The notes under the pieces: model-generated
Databases searched by the model: none
What the model was told of the DNA's origin: nothing
What the model saw: the letters and a program-made list of their open reading frames with translations, nothing else
From: Utricularia gibba
Taxonomy: Eukaryota > Plantae > Magnoliophyta
Length of the DNA stretch: 64,000 bases
Assembly (NCBI GenBank): GCA_002189035.1
Contig: NEEC01000012.1
Coordinates: forward strand, 2,480,001-2,544,000
Reading direction: 5' to 3'
Shown here: positions 37,017-47,778 of the stretch, in pieces
Layout: each line of letters starts with the position of its first letter
Numbering within the stretch: the first letter of the stretch is position 1
Program-made: the position numbers and the translations under genes

Positions 37017-38100
37017 CTTCACACCCCTCGCTTTCAAGGTATGGTTTTGAATGCCAGATCTGAGGTAGGGATTTCCCAAAACATCAGTCCGAAATTAGTA
37101 TCACTCAAAAGAAAGTGATCAATGGATTCCCATGATCTGAGTTGTAGCTTTTGTTTGGGAACACGTTCCCAGGCATTTCTCATTGGAACCACCAAAAACT
37201 AGCTCTTGGATTCTCGAAACACATTTTAGGGTTCTTCGTATCCCTTTTTTTTTTTTTGGTTGGATTGTTTGCATGATGTTCTTGCTCTTTATCCGGTTAC
37301 ATCTTTGTAGTTAATGGGGTGAGATTCAAAGGTAAACCCTTCTTGGATGCATGTCCTCCCAGCAGAACCCTCAGAAATTTGGTTTGGTTCAGATTATTTT
37401 TCAAGAGTGTAGATTGAAACTAAGACAAATTCTGGGACTTCATGTCTTGCTAAATGCAGACGACAAGGAGTGGGCTTATCGATGACCCGATGAAGGCAGT
37501 TCTAAGAAGGCATAGTTAAACACAGTAGAGCTCGTTTAATTCCATGCCTTTCTATTCTTCTCTGAATGTGGATATACCACCATGCGATGTTAATTACAGC
37601 ATTTCATCTCGCTCGTGGCAGGAAGTGCTATGAGCTGCAGCATAACGTTCCAGACTTGGGAATCGCTATTTTTCTCGTGAATCGAGAACTGAAAGGCCCT
37701 CTAGGCATCAACACTGTTGGGTTTTGAACTTTTAACTGATGTGATGGATACAAATAACTTTGTAATTTTAACTTTTCTTCTTACAGATTAGAGCATAACA
37801 AACTAATTCTAACTGCCTCACGAGATCTATCTGTGGGTACTAATACATGAACCAGACAACTAGTGCAATCGGAGGCAACCATGTCACAACTTTGAGTTTC
37901 ACCTTCAACGAACACATGGGATGCTATGGTTCTGTGTTGTTCTAGTTCTTGTCACGAAGATGAACTCCTGTTTTCATGCCGTACCGAGATTTTCAACAGA
38001 TTGCTTGATTGTAATTTATTTATACTGTTCGTGTTCAAAGAAAGCACGTTGTTTAAGAATTATACTTATATACATTGTGAGATGAGCGTGCAGTATCATC

Positions 38101-39893
38101 TTAGGAAGCTTTTGTGCGAGACTTGGATCCTGTGCTCTTAGATCTTGCCTCAGGCAGCGTCGCCTCCAAACTGTTCTCCTTCAAATCTGGAGGCAATCTT
38201 GAAGATGACTTCAAGGCACCATGACCATGACTCGGCAGTTTCCCTGCCCACCTGCGGACTGGACTCGGTTGTGTCCTCCAGATGGATGACACTGAAGCTA
38301 CATGGTGATGCTTCCCATTTCTCACTTCTCTCAGGAAATGCCTACCCTTCATTGGATCAACAGAGGTGCCGTTCGAATCTTCAGAGATCATCATGCTGCT
38401 CTGATGTTTCCCTTTCTTGTGATCCTTGAAATGCTCGTCCGAATGGAGCCTTTCATCATGTTGCGAGGATTTGAAGTTCACCTGCGAGGTTGATTCCATT
38501 GGCAAGTTTGCAGGGTTCTTTGATCCCTTCTGGTTCGTCGCTTCAGAGTGACCAACCGTCCTAGATTTCAGACTGTCATGGCTCATTTTTCCGAGTTCAA
38601 AGAGGTTTGAATCACTATGTGGAGCATCATCCTCATTCCCTTCATCAGGTGGGATACTACCAGCTGCCACCATCTCAGACCTGAAAGTGGGTTCATGGTT
38701 TGTGGGCATGGCCCCTGTGCTACCAATTCTCCTGTTCTCTATCAAGGCTTCGATTTCACGGCGCAGTTTATCCACTGCAGAGTTGCTTCTACGGTCGATC
38801 GACGACTTAATCTGCATTCGTTTTTCCAGCCAAGATTCAGCAACATGAAGCAGCTGATCCAGATCACTTCTCCCCCTCCAGTTAGTATCAGATTTCCGTC
38901 CAAGGAAACGCATTTCCTTGTCATAATCACGTATTCCAAGAGCAAACGCATCGCAGAGTTCTTCCAGCAGCTCCTTGGAACATCTTTCTTCCTCAAGCTC
39001 CTTAAAAACTGCCCTGAGAGCTGATTCCACATCATCAGCCTCAACAGATAACCGTCGCTTGAAATCTTCAGAGTGCTTCACCAATTCAAGGGACTGATGC
39101 TTGTTTCTTCTCATTTGCTTCCTCAATTCATCTATTTCTTGTTGGTCAGCTTGCTGCTCTCTCAGCAATGATTTTAACTGCGAATGAGCCTTATGCAACT
39201 CTTTCTTTAACTCTTTAACCTCGTCCTGTGATGAATCAAACAAGCCATGAAAGCAAGAACTCTACAGATTGCATCTCAATCAACTATAGAAGCTTCATGC
39301 TGATGCAAGGGGTGAACGAAGCCTCACCTTAATTGAACTATGGTGACTGGATGGAGCTGGTATTTGCATAGGATGCGTATTCTCACCAGATAGACTACGC
39401 CCTGATCGCCGTGCGACTGTGAATGGCTGCCTCTGATGACCAATATGAAGATTAATACGTTAGCACAATGGCAGATTAGGCAAAAGAACAATCGCTTAAT
39501 CTAGGAAATGGGTGCTTTCGCAGTTCAAGATGAGGTAGTTTCTAATACAAGTTTAGAAGGAGAGGAGGGGTGAAGGCCACTCTTGCGCCGCCGGAGAAGA
39601 TGATCGCCGCCACCGTATTCCATTCTTCGGAGTGGGCGTTTGTACTGATTGAGCTCCCAAAGGGCGGCAGCAAGTTTCCTAGCAGAAACACGGGAAGCCA
39701 TAAAGGTGCCGCCTTTAGAATCGGTCCCCGCCAATTTTTCTCCAACAATTCCGCCATGCATGGCTGCCGTGCTGTAATCTCTGCGTCTCCACAGGGACGA
39801 AACTGGAGTGAATTGCCCACCCCTTTTCCCTACTTCACTCAAATTCACTCCAAAGAATTCAAATTTTTCAGCTTGGGGTTCCACCCTTTTCAT
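38101..39893 (-). CDS. Coiled-coil protein, At5g41620/At1g64180-like, 3 exons, about 536 aa
   Basis: Exons 39893-39549, 39432-39328, 39261-38101 in phase 0. Motifs VGKRGGQFTP..W, VSARKLAAALWEL, ELEEERCSKELLEELCDAFALGIRDY, LHVAESWLEKRMQ, VDKLRREIEALI. Confidence 0.8.
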
Positions 39894-40893
39894 CTCCAAT
39901 CCAAACCCTTCTCAATCACATGCAAAACGATTCAAAACAAAGCTTTCCCCTTCATAGGTTTCACTCACCCCTCCTTTCCTTTCTTGTTAGGCATCAGTTA
40001 CTGTGCCTCTTTTCCCTGTTCTTTCCATAGATGGTCTCCAAAAATCAAGGCCAAAGATTAAGGAAAGTCTAGGATAGCTCTAATGGCGTGAAATCTGGAC
40101 CATTGTACCATATGTACAACCGTTGATCTTTATGGTTCACCTTACACCTCAAAGACTTGAATTTGGAGAACCAGGGAGGGGGCAGGGAAGGAATATACCC
40201 AACCAGTCTAGTTGCTTTCTGAGCACCAACATTATTTGTGCAGATCAGAAGAATAAGATGTGTTTTGGTTCACCTGCAATGCCATGCACACTCTGCAATG
40301 TCGGAAATGTGTAATAGAAGTAAAGGCATTGAAATTAGATTGGTGAAAAGCGTGTGCCTGGTATTGACCTCCCATTGAATGAAGAAGATCTCTTGAATTG
40401 GCAGACGGCAGATCCAACTACCATGGCCAAAACTCACACGATACATTCAATGTTGAAGCATTCAATATTCAGCCAACTACAAGAACAACTCCACCTTTAA
40501 AACCCACTCTCCTATGTGGCCGGGCCCCTGGTTGATTGATATATAGATATCCAGATCCCTTCATCTTCTCAGGGCAGAGCAGCTCGCTGGTTACTTCACT
40601 GCGTGTGTGCTTGTTTCATAGCTCGGTGATCCTCAGGGATGAGACTGGAGCATGCAGCTCTACCCAAATGAATCATAAACAATAGACAGCACGAGAAAAA
40701 GGGGATGAGGAGAAAGAAGGATTGGGACGAGTGCGTTTATTGTCTGCTGTGAGCCTGACTTGAGGCACGACGGCCACGCCACGCAACCAGCTTTGGATTT
40801 GAGAGATCGTCCCGTCCAACAATGAATGGCAACGCCACTTCACGTCAAGTCAGCTCTGCATAAAAATAAAATAAAAAAAATAAAACGAATGAT

Positions 40894-40977
40894 TGTCAGA
40901 AGTGGGATTTGAACCCACGCCCTCTCACGAGGACCAGAACTTGAGTCTGGCGCCTTAGACCACTCGGCCATCCTGAC
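40894..40977 (-). tRNA. tRNA-Leu (anticodon CAA)
   Basis: Minus strand GTCAGGATGGCCGAGTGGTCTAAGGCG-CCAGA-CT-CAA-GT-TCTGG, long variable arm, GGTTCAAATCC T-loop, CTTCTGACA end; followed by T-rich terminator. Confidence 0.97.
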
Positions 40978-43440
40978 TTTATGCCAAACATTTGATCTTA
41001 TAAAATATAATTCCATTGTTTTTAAAAATCTTTGTTTTTTTATTTTTTCATCAGTATCAGGTCTAGTTGTTCTTCCTCACATACAATATTGAAGAAGTTG
41101 TTGCTCATATGACAGCATCCATAAATGAAACAAGTAGCTGCTTGTGCAATGAGCGTAGCGGGGCGGGGCATCACATGACTGCGCTGTCGAAACTGATGCA
41201 TCACATGTCTGGGCTGACACCACCCACACAGTGCTTGCATTTGCGCCCTGCCCTGTCCTTTTACCTGAATTCACCCCCATTACACCATCTCCATCCCCAT
41301 ACCACACTCAAAACATGCTACAAGCCTTACCCCAAAACATTCTCACAGTAAAACCATCAGGCTGCACTGTCACAATGCTCAACACAGTGCCGCCTATCGT
41401 TTGATGGATGGCCCCTGAGAAGCCCATTTGGATTTCATATCTAGAAAGCAAAAAGGGTAAAATTGCATCAATCTCAGGAGCATTGCACTTTCCAATGCCT
41501 TTCCGCTTGTTGCTTTGAGCCGACCGCAACGCAGTGCTCTGTATCTGCATTCTCACTTGGTCCTCTTTCTATCCCAATGTTTTGAAAAGAGACGGCACTT
41601 CTGTTGTAAAAGATACTAACTTGTTCTTCCTCCACTTTTTATAAAACCCTTCATACGACTGACTGACACCAAGTGTGAACCAACTCCGATGCATGCACTC
41701 ACAAATCACTGGGGTTCGTGTTTCTTGTGCTTGATGGTGTCTACTTTTGAAATCAAGTATTCTACACAAAGTAAGTATATAATAAATATAAATCACATTA
41801 AAAAATATTAAATTTAATCGATTATCAATAATTTATATTTTCTTATATACGATTATTTCATTGTCCAATACCAATTTGAGATTACTTATTCTAATACTCA
41901 ATGCATTTACTTGTTTTTTAATCCAAAATTCGAATTAATACAAAGTCAATCTTGACCATCTAAGACATGTCGAATGGTAAATACCTTAATAAATGTTGAA
42001 ATCAAGTACATAATGAATCAAACGAGTACATATTAAAATCAAATATACAAAAAACATAAATTATAATAAAAAAATTGGATTTAATTTATTATTAATAATA
42101 TATAATTTTTTATATATTTGATTATTTTACTATAAGATTACAATATGGTAGTGATTATTCTAATAGTTTCCATCCACCTACCTTCATCTCCTAGCGTTCT
42201 CCAGTTCAGTACTAAGTCAATGGGATTCATACATGCAAATTAGTGAGGTGCAGAGATGAATGGGAGGGAACGTGCATGCCGGCCCATTCTTTCTCCTGGC
42301 TCCTTTATGTCGGTAAAGTTCCGCAGTAACTATTGCTCAATAATAACATAAAAAAAAAAAGATGAAAACCAGTGTGCAGTCGGTGTTAGAAAGAACACGA
42401 CCGGGCAGATCTTGTCGATACACGCAGTGCTTCTTGCAGGCCCCCCTTTGTGAGCTCCTGCATTGGTGAACGTAGAAACCGTACGGCGGAAATAATAAAC
42501 ATATTCCCAACAGATAACCTCAAATTTCCAAAAGCTTGTAGTATTCATTCTAAATGGCCATCATGTCATGTAATAACCTGCAATGAAGGAGAAAGAAATG
42601 AGAACATTATATTATATCATATTGATTATGGATGAAGTAGAACACGTGTTTAAATAGAGTTAATAATATAATTTTGTATGCGATATTTTTTCTTAAAAAT
42701 GAATAACATAAAATTATGAAGATTATATGTTTAAGTTGGATAATATGATACAAATGAAGCATGAATTATGACATTTCGTATCAAAGACAAATTCAAACGT
42801 ATTCTAATGGTGGGATTGCGTGTCAAAGTGGGAGATAATGTAAGGATATAGAATAGGGTGATAATATTTTATATTGGTTACCAATAACCTAAGAGATATG
42901 ATTAAGTACAAAGATGCTTCTAAACCTCGTATAACACATTTTTTCAAGAAGAGTATAACATATAATTATGAATGTTGATATTTGAAATGAATAATATCGT
43001 ATAAATTAAACGTGTATTGTGACAACATTTGTTTATGTGTTAGTATACCTAGTGCACCAAATAACGAAATTTCTAACTATATAATACATAATGCTGAATA
43101 TTATTTTAATGTGACTAAAGTATAGTATTTAACATAAAGTAATCTCAAATGCTATATTTTATAGTATATTTTATATTTGATGTAAAAAAATAATAATAAA
43201 AAGACAGGAAATGTCATTTTAACAGTGTGGAAAAGTCTTGCAAGTTGCAGTGTGCCATGGATATTGCAATACATACAACTGCGGTGACTTGTCCATTGCA
43301 AACCGCATACGTCTCGCGGCTGCTCTCCTCCACGTTCCACTGTAACTCGCACAGGCTTCTTGATTCTTTTTTTTCTTTCTAGTGCTGTCTCTCTGCTCAC
43401 ATTCATTTGCATACTTCCATACATACTGCCTCTGCCCACC

Positions 43441-44593
43441 ATGGAAGCCTTCAGTTTGCTAAAATTCTGGCGCCCTGCCGCCGTCTCCGCCGACACCAAA
43501 GCCACCGTGGGCGCCGCCGAGTTTGATGCTGAGGATGGACCCTACATTGACCTTAACTTCCTCCTCCCCGACCAACAGCAACAGGAAGGAGAAATGGATG
43601 GGGAAACGGATTCCGGGTCTGAAAATGAAGTGCATGAAAACGAAGATGAGGTTAAGTTTGTTGACTGTTTCACGGATGATTTCGACAGCGATGTTGTTTC
43701 TTCTCCTTCCGGTGAAGTAATGCTTAAAGGGGAGCTTCTTCCGATTGAAACGGCAACTGTTTTGGTGAATGGGTCTGCAGAAGCATCAAAACCCCCTGTT
43801 TTTTTCACCAAGTTTCGTGTGCTTCTTCTCAAGCTCGCGAAACCTAAGGCTTCAGGGGAAAAGGGCAACGCCAAGTTCGCCGGGAAATTGTTCGCCGTGA
43901 AGCTTAAAGTCGACGAGGTGCCAATAATGTCCTTGTTTAACAGAGAGAAGAACTCCAGAGAGAAGCAAAAACAGCAACAGCTTGATGAATCACCGGCAGA
44001 CGAGAGAAAATTGATCAAGGAAGTGGTTCAAAAGTACATCAAAATGGCGAAGCCTTTCCAAATCCGGGTCCTCAGGAAGTTCGCCGGAGGTCCAGAGCCG
44101 CCGTCTCCCGGAGGAAAATCCAGCAGTTCTGAGGGACCACCCAATTCGAAGAAAACCCAAATGGGAACCAGTAATTTTCAAGCGAGGATAAAAGTAGTTC
44201 GAAAACATTTGGGTAAAAGCCGATCAAATGCTTGTTCAATCGCCTCCACGCCGCGAGCCAGAATCGACGGCGACGATTCGCTGCTGCAGTTACAAGAAGG
44301 AATACAAGGCGCTATTCTTCATTGCAAGAAATCATTCAACGCCACCACAGGTATAAAAACAAGTCGCAATCTTTCACACCAAGAACGCATTTTTATCTCT
44401 CCCCAACAACGCGAGATGGCTTAAAATCCAGTAATTTTCTTCATTTTACACAGACGGGGAATCTCCTTCTTCATCCTCCCAAGAGAAACTGGTGACGACG
44501 ATCCCAAGCAATAACTCCACTGCAGCAACGCAGTCAACTGTCTCTGGAGAAGCTATGGCGGCAGAAGGAGAATCTACTAGGCCAAGTCCCTAG
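43441..44593 (+). CDS. Membrane-associated kinase regulator (MAKR2-like), 2 exons, 349 aa
   Basis: Exons 43441-44350 and 44454-44593 in phase. MEAFSLLKFWR start, DGPYIDLNF, VKLKVDEVPIMSLFNRE, VVRKHLGKSRS and LQEGIQGAILHCKKSF motifs. Confidence 0.85.
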
Positions 44594-45294
44594 CCCCTAG
44601 CTCAGCAGCATTACTGCTGATTGCACCTGTAAGTAACCTGATTAACGTTAAGCATGGTAATAAAGCGGATGTTTAAGGAAAAGGAATTTGTAGGTCAAAA
44701 GCAATGGGAATCATGGCTATGGCTACTGCATCTCCTTTTCAGTTCCTCCCTTTGAATTTCATTGCTTGAAATTGCTCCTCAATCTTGTCAGTCCTTTGAT
44801 CATGGAACCATGACTCCCAGATAAGTCATTACCTTACAAGACGATAGCCATGGGCTGGGCCTATTACATAGCCCACACTCATAGGCCCAAGACCAGTTTC
44901 AAATGAGCCTAAAACGGATAGCCCCTTAATGCAATACAAAATCACACGAAAAAAAATAATTTAATATTTTATATCCACATGTTTAATATCTTGATTGAAT
45001 CATTTTGAATCGTAAATTATTGATAATTATTTTAAAATATTAAAAAATCGTGATTGAATTATTTTTAGATTGCGATTGAATCGTCAATATTTTATTTTTA
45101 TAAAAATTATTGAAAAAACAAAATAAAAATATTATTTAATCTACAACCTTATCTATCAAATATAATATTTTATAAAAACTTGTATTTTAAATATATTTTG
45201 AAACTATATTCACATGAGCATTGAATATTCTATGAATTGTTTTTATTTAAATATAATTAAATTAAATATACAAAAATGTTTTTAATAAATAAAA

Positions 45295-45984
45295 TCAACC
45301 ACATGAGGTGTCTTGAATTGACCGGCTGCTCAAGTTTATGATCATTGAACAAGCTATGGCACAGTCCCTTCTCTGCACTAGGAAATTTAGAACGTGAAAT
45401 GTCCCCGACGCTTTCAAGGAGCTCCGAACCCTCACCGAACCGCCGGCGATGTCTCGGCTCAAGCTTCCGTTGCTCTCGTCGGATCCCATCGCCACCATGG
45501 AGATGGCTATCTCCCTGTTCCGGAGCGCCGGAACTCGCCCGCCGGTAACATTTCCGGTGCCGAGCAACAATTCTTGGTACTCTAAACTCACCTTTGAAAT
45601 TGTAAAAACGATAGTTAGTGAAGTTTTTTTCCTTACAAAAAGAACAAGGAAAAAGAAACTCACCGCCGTTGGCTCGTACACAAAGGGCCAGTGATTTTGG
45701 TTCCTGAAGCTGAGATTGGTCACCAGGGAAGCGTTTAGAGACGACGGAGTGAAATGGAGGTCGCTGACGGCGATGGAATTCAGGCGGAGAGTGGGAGGTT
45801 TTACTTTGAGGATCAGGATGCTGATGATCAAGAAAGCGATGCTTAGAAGGACGAAGAAGATGAGAGCGTAAACGGGGAGTTTGCTTGGTGGTTTCCAGGT
45901 GACCGGCGGCGGAAGCTCCGCCGTAAATGCGTCGCTTTTGGGATATCCGGCTGCTAAACTAGTAACTTCCGTGTCGTCTTTCAT
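45295..45984 (-). CDS. LEA_2 / NDR1-HIN1-like membrane-anchored protein with a 72-nt intron (45592-45663)
   Basis: N-terminal TM helix (VYALIFFVLLSIAFLIISILIL), KVKPPTLRL, NLSFRNQNHWPFVYE, ending IQDTSCG*. GT-AG T-rich intron whose length is a multiple of 3, so the track ORF reads through it. Confidence 0.85.
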   Translation of the reverse strand: MKDDTEVTSLAAGYPKSDAFTAELPPPVTWKPPSKLPVYALIFFVLLSIAFLIISILILKVKPPTLRLNSIAVSDLHFTPSSLNASLVTNLSFRNQNHWPFVYEPTAVSFFFLVLFVRKKTSLTIVFTISKVSLEYQELLLGTGNVTGGRVPALRNREIAISMVAMGSDESNGSLSRDIAGGSVRVRSSLKASGTFHVLNFLVQRRDCAIACSMIINLSSRSIQDTSCG

Positions 45985-47778
45985 GATTCTCGATGCTCAA
46001 TTGAATTCGTTTATCACAGATTTTATAAAAATCCAAAAATAAAAATTATTCGAATAAAGTCGTATTTTTTATTAAATAATAAATTTAGACAGAACGAATA
46101 AATTCATAAAATGATGATTAGTTGATCAATGAATCTCTTTTTTTAAAAAATTTTTTTATAAGCCTATTAAAAAGAAAATAAAACCCTATTTGATAGTGTT
46201 CCATTCTCAAAAAATTGTATTATATCAAACAATCTCATATCAAGAAATTAAAATGTTATACTCAAGCCTAAATCATATTTTCTAATATGTTTTATATATA
46301 GAAATTTCAGTCATGTTTGTTCAATTTATTGCATCCTTAGTTTTAACAAATTGATGAGAAATAATTTGTACTACAATTACACATTAAAAGCGCTTCAAAA
46401 ACAAAACAAAAAAAAATTGAAACAAGCAATTTGTTTGAAGCATTCTTCAAAAAATTTTAAAATATTTATGAAATTTGACAATTAATCTCTGCTCAAATCT
46501 AAAATTATGAAATTTGTAATGATCTTTGAGTAGACATAAATTAAAATAATACAAGATAAACAATTAATGCATGCCCCATGCAATTAATTTCTGAGGTTGA
46601 TATATACCTGTATCCACATACAGACAAACGGAGACGACTCGAGACTCCAGAGTCAAGATTACGAAGGGGAAGCTTGCCGTCTATTTTAGAGGTGGACACG
46701 GGCCGCCTCTGACGCGCGCCACGTGATCATGGGCCGTGTCTGGCCCAATGAATGCTGCACTTCGTTTTATGGGTCGTTTCACCCCCTTCTGAATTTGTTG
46801 TTATGGGCCAGTGGCTTTTCTTGATGGCCCATGTTTAGAGGCCCAAATCCGCCTTGGAGCTCGTTCTCGCTCTTTTCAGAAAGTCGACGGTGGAGGGATT
46901 CAATTTTGACGTGAAGATCATTTTCAATTTATTGAACACGCGAATAAATTTTGAGTTTCCGTCAAGTATCCCTTATTTGTATTAGAACATTGATCACGTA
47001 TACAGATTTGATATAATATAATATATAAAAAATTATAAATTATAAATAATTGATTAGATATAATCTTTTTTTATATGATATATATTTATTGTGTATTATT
47101 GAGTATAAAAAAAAAATATTACATTAAGATTTCAAAATGAAATAATCTAATATATAAAAAATTATAAATTAATATTAATCGATTGAATATAATATTTTAT
47201 AATGTGATATACATTTCTTATATACTTGAATTTCAAATACGTTCCCTACTTACCTATTCTATTCTAAATTTCAAACGTCCGTATTTTGTTTAACAGAACT
47301 CGATCAGTTTCTGTTGTGATCCAGTTGAGGATAACTGGTTCAGGGGTGATTTCCCTATCAAAGAATGTTTTTTTAGTGAAGTCTTGGAGAAAATTGGGGT
47401 TCGGAAAATACCAAAATTCGTGCAAACTCTTAAAACCTCATACTTTTAGTGCGCGCTGCTGTTCTGCGCTTCTTCATCGGACGGCGCTTTCTTCTTCCAT
47501 TCAGGCGAAGGGGGAAGCTTTTTCTTCCTCAGTGGGTGAAGTTGTGGGTCAGAGGATCAGTGGCTAAGGAAGATAACTCCAGAGCAAACAGGTTTGCGCC
47601 GTGTATTCTCGAGTCTTTAACTGAGAATTATTGGATATGGTTGGAAGGAATGTTTTGCGCCAATTCTCATGGGCTTGAAAAAGGATCCAGTTAGTTTTCT
47701 GTACATATTCTGGGCGTTTTGAGAGCTATTTGAGTGGTTTCTCCTATCGATATCCATTCTCTGAAAGTCAGACGCGAT

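Noticed and set aside
40558-40645. Possible fold-back upstream of the At5g41620-like gene
   Set aside because: Only about 7 terminal pairs; the remainder does not pair and matches no miRNA I recognise.
41353-41378. miR397-like word with a 4-nt insertion
   Set aside because: Insertion falls in the seed region, not at a mimic position; no hairpin partner.
42290-42312. CCTGGCTCCTTTATGTC resembling miR160
   Set aside because: About four differences from miR160 and no complementary star arm nearby.
46962-47229. TCAAGTAT/ATACTTGA inverted ends with an internal AT-rich duplication, possible MITE
   Set aside because: Eight-base AT-rich inverted match with no target-site duplication; too weak without a genome-wide search.
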